Below are positions 1 through 9,801 of a DNA stretch of 64,000 nucleotides, one piece after another. This DNA is from Bacteroidales bacterium (GTDB lineage Bacteria > Bacteroidota > Bacteroidia > Bacteroidales > UBA932). The notes beneath the pieces were generated by a model. The model ran no database searches, had not been told where the DNA came from, and saw only the letters and a list, made by a program, of their open reading frames with translations. Both the position numbers and the translations under genes were made by a program. The stretch covers positions 4,709-68,708 of the forward strand of contig JAFZWD010000032.1 in assembly GCA_017617495.1 (NCBI GenBank), written 5' to 3'. How positions within the stretch are numbered: the first letter of the stretch is position 1; each line of letters begins with the position of its first letter.

Positions 1-41
1 TTGGATGTTCCCGTGCCGAGGAAAGTAAGTCTCACGCTCAT
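1..41 (-). CDS. 5' end of MBL-fold metallo-hydrolase (PhnP-like), runs off the window edge
   Basis: Reverse strand from ATG at 41 reads MSVRLTFLGTGTS, the typical PhnP-family N-terminus; ATGA overlap with the mtaB stop. Confidence 0.7.
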   Translation of the reverse strand, partial: MSVRLTFLGTGTS

Positions 42-1378
42 ATCGTTATCTCTGTAATGCGGCCCGACAGCTGCGCGTCGTACGGCCTTGTAATCCTAAT
101 GTAATTGCCGGTGTATCCGCCCATGCTTCCGTCCTTCTCCTTGCTTTCCCAAAGCACCCTTGCGTGAATTCCGCGGTTGGCCTCCTCGAATTCGCGGTGG
201 AGCCTGTCGCAGAGCGCTTCCAGCGTGGCTACGCGCTCTTTCTTGATGCTTTCGGGCACCTGGTCCGGCATTTCCGCAGCCCTCGTCCCGGGGCGTTTGG
301 AGTAGGGGAATATATGGATGAAGGCGGGGCGTATCCTCTCAAGGAAGCTGCAGGTCTGCGCGAACAGTTCCGGCGTTTCGCCCGGCAGCCCGACCATTAC
401 GTCGATGCCGAAGAAGACCTTTTCCGCGCCGGGTTTTTCCATTTTGCTGCGGATCATCTGCAGCTTGCCGGCGAATTCTGCCGTGGTGTAGCGGCGTCCC
501 ATGCGCTTCAGGAGCTCGTCGCAGCCGGTCTGGAGCGGAATATGGAAGTGGGGCTGGAACTTCGTGCCGGAGGCTATCCAGTCCACAATCTCTTCCGTCA
601 GCAGGTTCGGCTCTATGCTCGAAATCCTGTACCGTTCGATGCCCTGCACTTCGTTCAGCGCCTTCAGTAAATCGAGAAAACTCTCGCCGGTTGTCCTCCC
701 GAAATCGCCTGTATTCACGCCGGTCAGCACTATTTCCTTAACTCCCTGTGCTGCAATTTCCTGCGCCATTCTCACCGCTTCACAGACCGGAATGTTCCTG
801 CTCCTGCCCCTGGCGTATGGTACAGTACAGTAAGCACAAAAGTTATCGCAACCATCCTGTACCTTAAGGAAGGATCTTGTCCGTTCACCAGAACTATACG
901 CCGAAAAAGTTGAAGTAGCGGCGGAGGGAGAGCTGCCCCTGAGGGACGTATCACCCGCGGATCGATAGCGGGGGGACCGTCCCGAAGGGATGGTGGGGTG
1001 AGCGAAGCGAACTCCCGAAGGGGCACTCTCTCCGCAGCCGCCAAGCAGGCTTAGTGTCTCTGATACGACTAAAGACTTTTCGTCGGAGCGGAAAACCCGT
1101 GCGACACCGTCGATGGCGGCGACTTCGTCGGGCTTCATCTGGGCATAGCAGCCGGTTACGACGATGGGCGCGGCCGGATTTATGCGGTGCAGCTTGCGGA
1201 TTTCGCTGCGCGACTTCGCATTGGCAGTTTCGGTAACGGTGCAGGTATTGACGAGGTACACGTCCGCCTTGTCGCGCCACGGCACGACCTCGAGCCCGGC
1301 AGCCCGGAAACCCCTCTCATAAGTAGAGGTCTCCGCATAATTGAGCTTGCAGCCGAGAGTGACGAACGCTATCTTCAT
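38..1378 (-). CDS. mtaB: tRNA t6A37 methylthiotransferase MtaB (radical SAM), with in-frame palindromic insertion
   Basis: TLGCKLNYAE, NTCTVT, TGCYAQ, KVQDGCDNFCAYC (CxxxCxxC), RISSIEP and PHFHIPLQ motifs. Confidence 0.93.
   Translation of the reverse strand: MKIAFVTLGCKLNYAETSTYERGFRAAGLEVVPWRDKADVYLVNTCTVTETANAKSRSEIRKLHRINPAAPIVVTGCYAQMKPDEVAAIDGVARVFRSDEKSLVVSETLSLLGGCGESAPSGVRFAHPTIPSGRSPRYRSAGDTSLRGSSPSAATSTFSAYSSGERTRSFLKVQDGCDNFCAYCTVPYARGRSRNIPVCEAVRMAQEIAAQGVKEIVLTGVNTGDFGRTTGESFLDLLKALNEVQGIERYRISSIEPNLLTEEIVDWIASGTKFQPHFHIPLQTGCDELLKRMGRRYTTAEFAGKLQMIRSKMEKPGAEKVFFGIDVMVGLPGETPELFAQTCSFLERIRPAFIHIFPYSKRPGTRAAEMPDQVPESIKKERVATLEALCDRLHREFEEANRGIHARVLWESKEKDGSMGGYTGNYIRITRPYDAQLSGRITEITI
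918..1041. repeat. ~124-bp palindromic element in frame within mtaB
   Basis: Imperfect inverted arms 918-939 / 1020-1041; internal hairpin accgtccc-gaa-gggatggt (976-994); GAGCGAAGCGAA at 1000-1011. Confidence 0.8.
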
Positions 1379-2082
1379 TTGGCGAGGATTAAAAACACAC
1401 AGGGCACTTTGCCGATGGCAGGGACCTTCCTGCGCCAGTCTGCGACGGTTTTGGTGCGGATGAACGCTTCCGGCGAACCGATGCCTGCGGCTATGCAGAG
1501 CCGGGTTGCGGGGGAGAGCGTCTGGAGCATGTCGGCAAGGAGCGAATCGTTGCGGTAGGGCGTTTCTATGAAAAGCTGCGTCTGTCGGAACTGGGCAGAC
1601 TGCTTCTCGACGCCGCGGAGTGCATTGCGGCGTTCTTCCGTCTTCGCAGGAAGATATCCGCGGAACGCGAAACTCTGGCCGTCCAGGCCGGAGGCCATCA
1701 GTGCAAGCATCAGGGACGAAGGACCCACAAGAGGGACCACCTCTATGCCTTTCTGCTGGCAGAGCGCCACGAGGGATGCCCCCGGATCGGCCACCGCGGG
1801 GAGGCCGGCTTCTGAGATGAGACCCACGTCGGAGCGGTCCAGAAGGGGGAGCAGCGCCTGAACTTCGGCAGGGCTGGTATGCTCGTTGAGCGTGTGGAAT
1901 TCCAGCTCCTCGATATGCCCCTTTAGACCGGCCGCGGAAAGGTAGCGGCGGGCTGTACGGAGTTCCTCCACCACAAAGACGCGAAGGCTCTTCAGGCGCT
2001 CCAGGGTGCCTGCGGGGATGGTTTCGGCCGGGTCGCCTTCGGCGATGGGGGAAGGAATCAGGTACAGTTTATAGTCACTCAT
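1375..2082 (-). CDS. SAM-dependent methyltransferase, tetrapyrrole methylase/RsmI-like
   Basis: LYLIPSPI, ISEAGLPAVADPG, VGPSSLMLALMASG, FIETPYRN motifs. Confidence 0.88.
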   Translation of the reverse strand: MSDYKLYLIPSPIAEGDPAETIPAGTLERLKSLRVFVVEELRTARRYLSAAGLKGHIEELEFHTLNEHTSPAEVQALLPLLDRSDVGLISEAGLPAVADPGASLVALCQQKGIEVVPLVGPSSLMLALMASGLDGQSFAFRGYLPAKTEERRNALRGVEKQSAQFRQTQLFIETPYRNDSLLADMLQTLSPATRLCIAAGIGSPEAFIRTKTVADWRRKVPAIGKVPCVFLILAK

Positions 2083-5000
2083 TTTCGGTAATCTCTATTA
2101 CGTTCTGCTTCGGCGGGTTGGCTGCCATTTCGCGCGCTTTTTCGCGACGCTTCTTCTTGCTGGTGAAGATGCTGCGCAGCAGGCCCTTCCATGTGCCGAA
2201 TTCCTTCTGGTATGTTATGCCCGCGCCGTTGCGCTGGGAGTTGTCGAGATAGCTGGTATAGTCGTCGGCAGAGTGCGAGAACATGTTCAGGCGCACGCGT
2301 CCGGCTTTGTCGAGCTTGACGTCGATGTCCAGGTCGCCCACCATGTCGCTGCCGTTGTTGCCGGCGGTGGTGTTGCTGTACTCCCTGTTGCCCACGGAGC
2401 CGTAAACGACTACGCGGTTGTTGAAGAGTTCGGTGCTCACCGACACGTCGTAGAGGTTGTCGCCCCTGGTGTTCTGCTCGTAGCCGAGGCCGAGGTCGAC
2501 GGGGATGTCTAGCTTGTACAGGATGTTGCTGAGCTGCTTGGACATTATGTCGCTGACGTTGGAGTAGAGCAGGTTGCTGTTGTCGGAGACGCCGTTCTGC
2601 TCGCTGGAAATGAACGAACCCGCAATGAGCAGGGCGAGGAACTGCTTCTGCACCTTGTCTTCGGTGTTGATTGCAGCGTCCACCAGCGATTTGGTGGCGG
2701 GATCGAGGTCGGGTACGTCTATGCTGAAGCGCAACTTGGGCTCCAGCAGTTTGTCGTATATTTCGATGCCGCAGTTTACGGTGCGCCTGGTGGAAACCGA
2801 GGTGGTATCGGCGATGAGCCTGCTGAGCGAGGTGCGCAGCGAATGGGTGGCCCGCACGTCCATCTCGCTTTCCATCGGGTCGCCGTTGAACTTGAGCGAA
2901 CTGCCGCTGTTGATATTGAACTCCTTGTGGAGTATGCCAGGGATGGCGAAGTGATACTTACCCGAGCTGATGTTGTAGTCGCCGCGCAGCTCATACTGCT
3001 TGCTTGCCGGACGTATGTTGGCGGTAATTGTACCCTGTCCGCTGGCGGAAAGCAAGTTGTCGCCTGTGCTGTCCAGCTCCAGCACCGCGGTGAAGTCCGG
3101 CGTGGCGGTTATGCGGCATCTGGCAACCAGGTCGCTGCGGGTTTCGGTCTTCTGCGCGACGGCTTCTTCCTCGAAGGTCTGGAGCATCGCCTGATAAGGG
3201 TCGACGGTATGCTCTTCGTGGCTGGTGAAACTGAGCAGGTCGGCGTTGGTTTCGGCGCTTGCGCTTCCGAGCCTCACATGGATGTTGCCGGATTTGGCGG
3301 TACGGAGGTCCGCATCCAGCACTATTGCTTCGGGCGGGCCGCTGATATTCACCCTGCCGGCCGCGAAAACATTGCCGTAGATATTGCCTGTGCCCGGTTT
3401 GGTATTGATTACCTCGAGGTCGCGCAGGTTGAGCTGTGCGTCGAGTTCGGTATTGCGCGTATGGTCGAAGCGGATGCCGCCAGCGATGGTTCCGGAGCCT
3501 CCCTTGCGGTCCTTTATCTGCATGGAATCGAAGAAAATGCCGTCGTTTGCAAGGTGGAACGGGCCGTTCAGGGTGTATCCAACGTCCGTGTAGCCGATTA
3601 CGAGCCTGGCGTCCTGCACCACTGCGTCGCGGCTGGAAAGCGAGAGGCTGTCGATGGGCCCGCTGGCGGTTATCTCGCCGCTGATGCCGCCCCGGATGTC
3701 GTCGAGATACTTGGAGACGAAGGGGAAGACAACCACCAGGTTCATGTTGTCGAGGTTGGCGGTGAGGTCCAGCCTGCGGCTGTCGATATAATATGTTCCT
3801 TTGGCGTTGAGCGCGTCGTGTCCGTCCGCGATATTGCGCAGATAGACGTTAGTCCTGCCGGTGCCGGCGTCCCAGACGGCGGCCATCTTCATGCTGCCGG
3901 CCTGCTCGCCGCTGACCTGCAGCGAATCGCAGTTGACGTTGACCAGGGCGCGCAGCCTGTCCCTGACGGGCGAAGTCACCACGGCGCGACCGGAAGTGAG
4001 CCCGCCGAAGTCGTAGTTGCCGGCCGTAAAATAATTGAGGATGCCCAGATTCACCCCGTTGATGCCCACGTTGAGCGTGTCCCTGCGGTTAAGCGCCACG
4101 CCGCCGTCGATGGAGATGCTCTGGCTGCCGTTGTACATGCGGAAGCCGCTGAAGCGTGCCTGCCGCGAGCGAACGCTTATGGTGGATTCGGAGATGTCCC
4201 ACTGCTCGCCGTCGAACTGCATGTAGGACGAGAGGGGATTGGCCATCAGCACAAGCGTGTCCTTAGCGTCGCGGAAGATGTTGCCGGCGAGGTAGATTTC
4301 GCCCATGTCGTTGGTGTCGTCCTTGCTGTCGTAGTGGAAGGAAAGGAAGAAGTCGTCGTGGTCGCCGAAGACCGTGAGGGCTGCGTCCTTGAGCGTGAGC
4401 GGGCCCGCCTGCATCTCGTTGCCCAGCAGCGTCGCGTTCAGGCTTCCGCCCAGATTGTCGAAGCTGAAGGACATGTCCTTGATAAAGTTCTTGCGCATCG
4501 CGATGCGGGGCGAATTGAGCGTACCGCGAAGCTCACCCTGCCGGTCGATGCCTATTTCCAGCCTGGTCGAGTCGGCAATGTAGAGCCCGGGACGGAGGAA
4601 GGAAAGCAGGTCGCGTGTGTCGTGGAAGTCGACGTCGAGGTCGTAACTGCGCCCTATGCGGCCTTTGTCCACGCTGCTGCGCGGATAGAGCGAGGGGAGT
4701 TCCCTCCGCGTGGTGATGGTCTGGATGTCGTCGATGATGCCGGCTATGTTGCCGCTGCCCACATAGCCCGCGTCCAGGAAGTCGGATTCCAGCTGGATGC
4801 GGTTGATGTTGTCGTTGGAGTGCGAGCCTATCGAGATGTCGCCGATATACCTGCGCCCCGCGTCGTTTTCGACCGTCAGGTCGCGGACGTCGATGTCGCC
4901 GAGGATATCTCCCTTGTCCGTCTTCATGAAGTTGGACGCCACGGTCATCGATAGCTTGGAGGAACCGCCCCGCCTGTCGAGATTCATTGCCTGGAGGTCG

Positions 5001-6685
5001 GCGTAACCAACGTTAGCGTAGAATTTGTAAAGCGAGTTGCCGGTATTGGGGGAGAGGTTGAAGATTCCCTGGAAGATGAAATTGAGGTTTGGATCGGCGC
5101 AGATTATCTTGCCGTCGAAATCGTTGCCCGAGAACTCTCCTCCGGCGGCGATTCCTGTGTATTCGTATCCCATCAGGCCGAGCCTGTCCACCATCAGCGA
5201 ATCTATGGTGACGCTTGTCGCTTCGCCGTTCAGGACGGCGTGGAAGCCGGTGTTCGCAGTGCAGATGCCCAGCTTGTCGTTGGAGATTATCTTGCCTATA
5301 TCCAGCCTGTCGGTGCCCAGGGTGCCGGCAATTTCGGTCGGACGCCTGCCGTCGGTGAGGTTGCGCAGGTCGAGGTCGGCCTGCAGCTTGCCGATTCCGG
5401 AAGATACGCGCCCGTCGGCGCGGAGCCTGTTGAGCGGGCCTTTAACGCGGCCCTTGAAGTTGAAGGAGGTGCCGGGGGCGAACTTTCCCCAGTCGGGCTT
5501 GCGGATGCCGGGCTTTAGGCAGGTCATAAAGCGGGCGGCTCCCTCCGTGGAGAAGTCCAGCCTGTCCGCCTTCAGGTTGACAAGGATGTTTTTGGTGTCC
5601 GTGATGCCGGTAACCGTACCCCTCAGGTCGGCCCTGATGCCGCCCTTGCTGTCCTTTGCCTTGAACTTCGTAATCTTGAAGTCGTTGCAGAAGCCTTCCA
5701 TTCCGACGCCGGTTACATCCAGGTTGATGTCGGAGGCGTGCAGGACTCCAAGCCCGAAGGCGGATATGGTTTTGCTGGACACGTGCGATTTGTCGAGCAC
5801 CGCCTTCATCCGCACCATGTGAGTGTAGTTTCGGTAGGCAGTATCGCAGGTGCTGGTCATGGAATACAGGGGAGCGTAGACCTTGGAGAATCCGTCGTCG
5901 AAGCGGATCTTCTCGACGCTTACCCTGCCGTGTCCTGCCTTCACGCGGGCGCTTATGCTGTTGACGTGATAGCCGCACTTCTCGCTGAGCACCGCATTGT
6001 CGACGGTAGCCTGGAAGAAGCCGTTGTTCATGCTCAAGTCGCTGATTTCGATATCGCCGCGGGCATCCAGGTCGGAGTAGTTGATGGCGTCGGCACTGCG
6101 CATGTAGCGCTCCTTGTAAGGGTCGTGCATTATAAAGCGCAGGCCCTTGATTATCACCTTGTCCGCGCGGAAATCATCCGCCTTGACTATCGCCGCAAGG
6201 CTGTCGGCCGCATTCTGGGGGATCGGTTGGCCCTGGAGCGCCGCTTTGGCTTCCAGCTCGGCCCGCTTGCGCGAGGATATGATGCGCTCGAAATTGCTGC
6301 GCAGGATCCTGTCGTCCTCGTAGATGTAATGGACCATGGCGTCGGTGATCTCCAGTCGCGAAAGCCTGATGCCGCCGCCTCCGAAAAGGCTCTTGCCCGA
6401 AAGGGTTCCGGCGATTCTGGCAGCTGTGAACACCGTGTCGGCCAGGCGCTGAGGCCCGTCGTCGACTATAACCACGTCGCGGAGCAGGAAACTGTTGGCG
6501 GATTCTATAACCAGGCCGCCGACGCTCACCTTGCCGTCAATCTTCTTTTCGATCGACGACAGGGCGGCCGAAGCGATGAGCTTCTGCACGGTAGGGGTCT
6601 GCACTGCGATGAACAGCGCGGCGAGCAGCACGATTATCGCGCCGAATACCCTTACTCCTATGTCTCCCGACCTTTTTATAGCCAC
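2075..6685 (-). CDS. tamB: Translocation/assembly module TamB-like protein
   Basis: 1536 aa, N-terminal anchor (VQTPTVQ), beta-rich body, C-terminal DUF490-like region (FNGDP, LFNNRVVV, GITYQKEF); divergent from tsaD as in Bacteroidetes. Confidence 0.85.
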   Translation of the reverse strand: MAIKRSGDIGVRVFGAIIVLLAALFIAVQTPTVQKLIASAALSSIEKKIDGKVSVGGLVIESANSFLLRDVVIVDDGPQRLADTVFTAARIAGTLSGKSLFGGGGIRLSRLEITDAMVHYIYEDDRILRSNFERIISSRKRAELEAKAALQGQPIPQNAADSLAAIVKADDFRADKVIIKGLRFIMHDPYKERYMRSADAINYSDLDARGDIEISDLSMNNGFFQATVDNAVLSEKCGYHVNSISARVKAGHGRVSVEKIRFDDGFSKVYAPLYSMTSTCDTAYRNYTHMVRMKAVLDKSHVSSKTISAFGLGVLHASDINLDVTGVGMEGFCNDFKITKFKAKDSKGGIRADLRGTVTGITDTKNILVNLKADRLDFSTEGAARFMTCLKPGIRKPDWGKFAPGTSFNFKGRVKGPLNRLRADGRVSSGIGKLQADLDLRNLTDGRRPTEIAGTLGTDRLDIGKIISNDKLGICTANTGFHAVLNGEATSVTIDSLMVDRLGLMGYEYTGIAAGGEFSGNDFDGKIICADPNLNFIFQGIFNLSPNTGNSLYKFYANVGYADLQAMNLDRRGGSSKLSMTVASNFMKTDKGDILGDIDVRDLTVENDAGRRYIGDISIGSHSNDNINRIQLESDFLDAGYVGSGNIAGIIDDIQTITTRRELPSLYPRSSVDKGRIGRSYDLDVDFHDTRDLLSFLRPGLYIADSTRLEIGIDRQGELRGTLNSPRIAMRKNFIKDMSFSFDNLGGSLNATLLGNEMQAGPLTLKDAALTVFGDHDDFFLSFHYDSKDDTNDMGEIYLAGNIFRDAKDTLVLMANPLSSYMQFDGEQWDISESTISVRSRQARFSGFRMYNGSQSISIDGGVALNRRDTLNVGINGVNLGILNYFTAGNYDFGGLTSGRAVVTSPVRDRLRALVNVNCDSLQVSGEQAGSMKMAAVWDAGTGRTNVYLRNIADGHDALNAKGTYYIDSRRLDLTANLDNMNLVVVFPFVSKYLDDIRGGISGEITASGPIDSLSLSSRDAVVQDARLVIGYTDVGYTLNGPFHLANDGIFFDSMQIKDRKGGSGTIAGGIRFDHTRNTELDAQLNLRDLEVINTKPGTGNIYGNVFAAGRVNISGPPEAIVLDADLRTAKSGNIHVRLGSASAETNADLLSFTSHEEHTVDPYQAMLQTFEEEAVAQKTETRSDLVARCRITATPDFTAVLELDSTGDNLLSASGQGTITANIRPASKQYELRGDYNISSGKYHFAIPGILHKEFNINSGSSLKFNGDPMESEMDVRATHSLRTSLSRLIADTTSVSTRRTVNCGIEIYDKLLEPKLRFSIDVPDLDPATKSLVDAAINTEDKVQKQFLALLIAGSFISSEQNGVSDNSNLLYSNVSDIMSKQLSNILYKLDIPVDLGLGYEQNTRGDNLYDVSVSTELFNNRVVVYGSVGNREYSNTTAGNNGSDMVGDLDIDVKLDKAGRVRLNMFSHSADDYTSYLDNSQRNGAGITYQKEFGTWKGLLRSIFTSKKKRREKAREMAANPPKQNVIEITENE

Positions 6686-6782
6686 AAAATGATAAGTGCG
6701 TATTTATACAATCTACAAAAATAGAAATAAATCGCTAAATTTGCGCGTTCTTTCTTCCAGAAAGACGCACAAAACGAATACT

Positions 6783-7805
6783 ATGTCGGATATTATATTG
6801 GGAATAGAGTCTTCCTGCGACGATACTTCGGCCGCCGTCATCAAGGACGGATGGCTGCTGTCCAACGTCATAGCAAGCCAGGACGTGCACAAAGCCTACG
6901 GCGGTGTGGTGCCGGAACTGGCATCCAGGGCACATGAGCTCAACATCGTTCCGGTGGTGAGCGAAGCTCTTTCCCGCGCCGGCGTGGCGGCTTCTGAACT
7001 CTCGGCGATAGCCTTCACCCGCGGCCCCGGGCTCCTGGGCTCGCTGCTGGTGGGGACATCCTTCGCCAAGGCACTTGGCATCTCCCTGGGCATCCCCCTG
7101 GTAATGGTGAATCACCTTCAGGGGCATCTGCTGGCGGGTTTCGTCAAGGAACCCGGCAAGGAAGTGCGCCAGCTCTCCTTCCCTTACCTCTGCCTGCTGG
7201 TTTCCGGAGGCAATTCACAGATTGTGAAGGTGTCTTCGCCCCTGGAATATGAGATTCTGGGGCAGACCATCGACGATGCTGTGGGAGAGGCCTTCGACAA
7301 GTGTTCAAAGATGCTGGGGCTGGGTTATCCCGGAGGTCCGGTCATCGACCATCTTGCAAAGCAGGGCGATGCAAACCGTTTCAAGTTCGCAAAGCCGCAT
7401 ATCCCCGGGCTGGACTACAGCTTCAGCGGCATCAAGACCTCGCTGCTGTATTTCGTGCGCGACCAGATTGCCCTGGATCCCGACTTTATGGAGAAGAACA
7501 AGGAAGACCTCTGCGCTTCCTTCCAGAAGACTCTCATCGATATTTTGATGGACAAACTCGTGAAGGCTGCGAAGCAGACGGGCATCCGCGAGATAGCGAT
7601 CGGCGGGGGAGTGTCGGCCAACAGCGGCCTGCGCGCCCGCATGCTCGAAGAGGGCGCAAAGCGTGGCTGGAACGTGTATCTGCCGGAATTCAAGTTTACC
7701 ACCGACAATGCCGCCATGATAGCAATCGCCGGCTGGTATCACTACCTGGCCGGCGAAAGATGTGCTTTGGATGTAGCTCCGGTTTCCCGGATGGCAGATT
7801 TCTAG
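6783..7805 (+). CDS. tsaD: tRNA N6-adenosine threonylcarbamoyltransferase TsaD
   Basis: ILGIESSCDDT, GGVVPELASRAH, NHLQGH, TIDDAVGEAFDK, TDNAAMIA; start placed at ATG 6783. Confidence 0.95.
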   Translation: MSDIILGIESSCDDTSAAVIKDGWLLSNVIASQDVHKAYGGVVPELASRAHELNIVPVVSEALSRAGVAASELSAIAFTRGPGLLGSLLVGTSFAKALGISLGIPLVMVNHLQGHLLAGFVKEPGKEVRQLSFPYLCLLVSGGNSQIVKVSSPLEYEILGQTIDDAVGEAFDKCSKMLGLGYPGGPVIDHLAKQGDANRFKFAKPHIPGLDYSFSGIKTSLLYFVRDQIALDPDFMEKNKEDLCASFQKTLIDILMDKLVKAAKQTGIREIAIGGGVSANSGLRARMLEEGAKRGWNVYLPEFKFTTDNAAMIAIAGWYHYLAGERCALDVAPVSRMADF

Positions 7806-7807
7806 AA

Positions 7808-8239
7808 TTACCTCGTAGTAGTTACGCGGAAAGTAAGCGGATCCACCATCGGCACGGGAAGGTTTCCGTTCATGTCCTGGACGATGAATGTTACTTCGCC
7901 GGGAGCATACTCGAAGCGGATGTTCTCTGCAACAGGTACGGAACCCATTCCCTGGGAAACCATGTACAGAGTCACATAGGGAAGCGGAGTCCAGGTCTTG
8001 GTTCCGGGCAGCCAGAGATAGGCGTTGACCGTGCCGTCCTCGCAGGCGGACTTGGAGATGAAATCGGCTTCGCAAGTGATGTAATAATACGTGTCAGATG
8101 CAAGTGAGCCGGTATTTTCAATCCATGCCGTAGGTTCGATGGTATAGTCCTCGGTACGCACGGTGGCTCCATCTAGATGGCAGCTTGTGAGAGATATCGC
8201 TGTTGCGATGACGCTCAGAATAACTAATGCTTTTTTCAT
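7808..8239 (-). CDS. Hypothetical lipoprotein
   Basis: MKK + hydrophobic stretch + LTSC lipobox. Confidence 0.7.
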   Translation of the reverse strand: MKKALVILSVIATAISLTSCHLDGATVRTEDYTIEPTAWIENTGSLASDTYYYITCEADFISKSACEDGTVNAYLWLPGTKTWTPLPYVTLYMVSQGMGSVPVAENIRFEYAPGEVTFIVQDMNGNLPVPMVDPLTFRVTTTR

Positions 8240-8252
8240 ATCTGAATAATAA

Positions 8253-9794
8253 TTATTTGTTCATTGCCTGCGAGGCCGCTTCCGCGCATCTGATGCCGTC
8301 GATGGCCGAAGAAACTATGCCTCCTGAATATCCCGCGCCTTCTCCGCAGGGATAAATTCCCTGCAAAGATACATATTCCAGCGAAATATCATCGCGCGGA
8401 ATGCGGATTGGCGACGAAGTTCTGCTTTCGACACCCAGCAGAAGCGCCGCATTCGTGTAATAATTGCGGATTTTCACCCTTGGGAAAACCTTGCGGAGCC
8501 TGTCGGCAACGATGGGCGGCAGAATCTCGTGCAGAGGTGCGGAAATCACGCCGGGGAAGTAGCTTGTTTCGGGCATTTTCTTGCTGAGGCGCCCGAGGCA
8601 GAAGTCTTCCATCCGCTGGGCCGGAGCTGCCATCAGGTTGGTCGGGAGGTCCTTGGGAGCGTCCTTCGCATCGCGGGCGGAAGCGCACCAGTCGAACATG
8701 CTGCGCTCCACGGCCCTCTGCCAGTCCAGCAACTTGAAGGGGCCATCGCCGGGAACATCCTCCGGCTCTATCTGCACCACCACTCCGGCATTGGCGAACT
8801 TGCCGCTTCGCGCAGAGTTGGACATGCCGTTGAGCACCACCGTGCCGGGTTCCGTGGAAGACGGCACCAGAATGCCTCCGGGGCACATGCAGAAGCTGAA
8901 AACGCCTCGGCCGTCCTGCTGCTCCACAAACGAGTATTCTGCAGCCGGCATGCCGGGCTTCCAGGTGCCGTGGTACTGCGCCCAGTTTATCTTTTCCTGC
9001 GGATGCTCCACCCGCACGCCGAGTGCGAATCCCTTTGCTTCGAGGGAGCCTCCCTTGCGGTCCAGCATCTCGTAAATATCCCTTGCAGAATGGCCTGTGG
9101 CAAGGATAATGCTGCCTGCTTTCCAGGAGCGTCCGTCCTCGCAGATTACCTCGAAATCGCCCTTGCTGCCCTTGATGTCCACGACCTTGGCGGCAAAATG
9201 ATACTCGCCTCCGTGGCCTGTAATGCAGTTGCGGATATTTTCGACCACCGTGGGCAGCTTGTCGGAGCCTATATGGGGATGGGCGTCGGTCAGAATCGCC
9301 TTTGATGCGCCGAATTCCACCAGTTGAAGCAGCACTTCGCTGATATCGCCGCGCTTGGACGAACGGGTGTAGAGTTTTCCGTCCGAAAAAGCCCCCGCGC
9401 CGCCTTCGCCGAAGCAATAGTTGGATTCGGGGTTGACTATGCCCTCGCGGGAAAGTTTAGCCATATCGAGCTTGCGCTCGTGCACGTTCTTTCCGCGCTC
9501 CAGGATTATGGGTTTGAGACCAAGCGAAAGAAGTTTGAGCGCAGCGAACATCCCGGCAGGGCCGGCGCCCACGACAATGACCGGTTGTGCATCTGCAACA
9601 TTCTTATATTCAGGGAGTTGCGGCTCTACATATTCGCCCGGGGCATAGGCCTCGTAACGGTAGCGCCAGACGGGTTCCTTGCGGGCGTCGATGCTGCGCT
9701 TTTTGAGCACCCACTGCATGCCTGCGGCCTTGGCTTCAATTTCTTTCAGCCTAGGCTCTCTGGAGAGAGGAACACATATCTCGAATTCGAACAT
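8253..9794 (-). CDS. FAD-dependent oxidoreductase (COG2509-like)
   Basis: VVGAGPAG, FGEGGAGAFSDGKL, HPHIGSD, FCMCPGG, GVESRTSSP, GEGAGYSGGIVSSAIDG. Confidence 0.88.
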   Translation of the reverse strand: MFEFEICVPLSREPRLKEIEAKAAGMQWVLKKRSIDARKEPVWRYRYEAYAPGEYVEPQLPEYKNVADAQPVIVVGAGPAGMFAALKLLSLGLKPIILERGKNVHERKLDMAKLSREGIVNPESNYCFGEGGAGAFSDGKLYTRSSKRGDISEVLLQLVEFGASKAILTDAHPHIGSDKLPTVVENIRNCITGHGGEYHFAAKVVDIKGSKGDFEVICEDGRSWKAGSIILATGHSARDIYEMLDRKGGSLEAKGFALGVRVEHPQEKINWAQYHGTWKPGMPAAEYSFVEQQDGRGVFSFCMCPGGILVPSSTEPGTVVLNGMSNSARSGKFANAGVVVQIEPEDVPGDGPFKLLDWQRAVERSMFDWCASARDAKDAPKDLPTNLMAAPAQRMEDFCLGRLSKKMPETSYFPGVISAPLHEILPPIVADRLRKVFPRVKIRNYYTNAALLLGVESRTSSPIRIPRDDISLEYVSLQGIYPCGEGAGYSGGIVSSAIDGIRCAEAASQAMNK

Positions 9795-9801
9795 CCTTGC
9801 G

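Noticed and set aside
8640-8695. Short extra loop in the FAD oxidoreductase (ASARDAKDAPKDLPT) as another element
   Set aside because: No convincing palindrome or shared motif.
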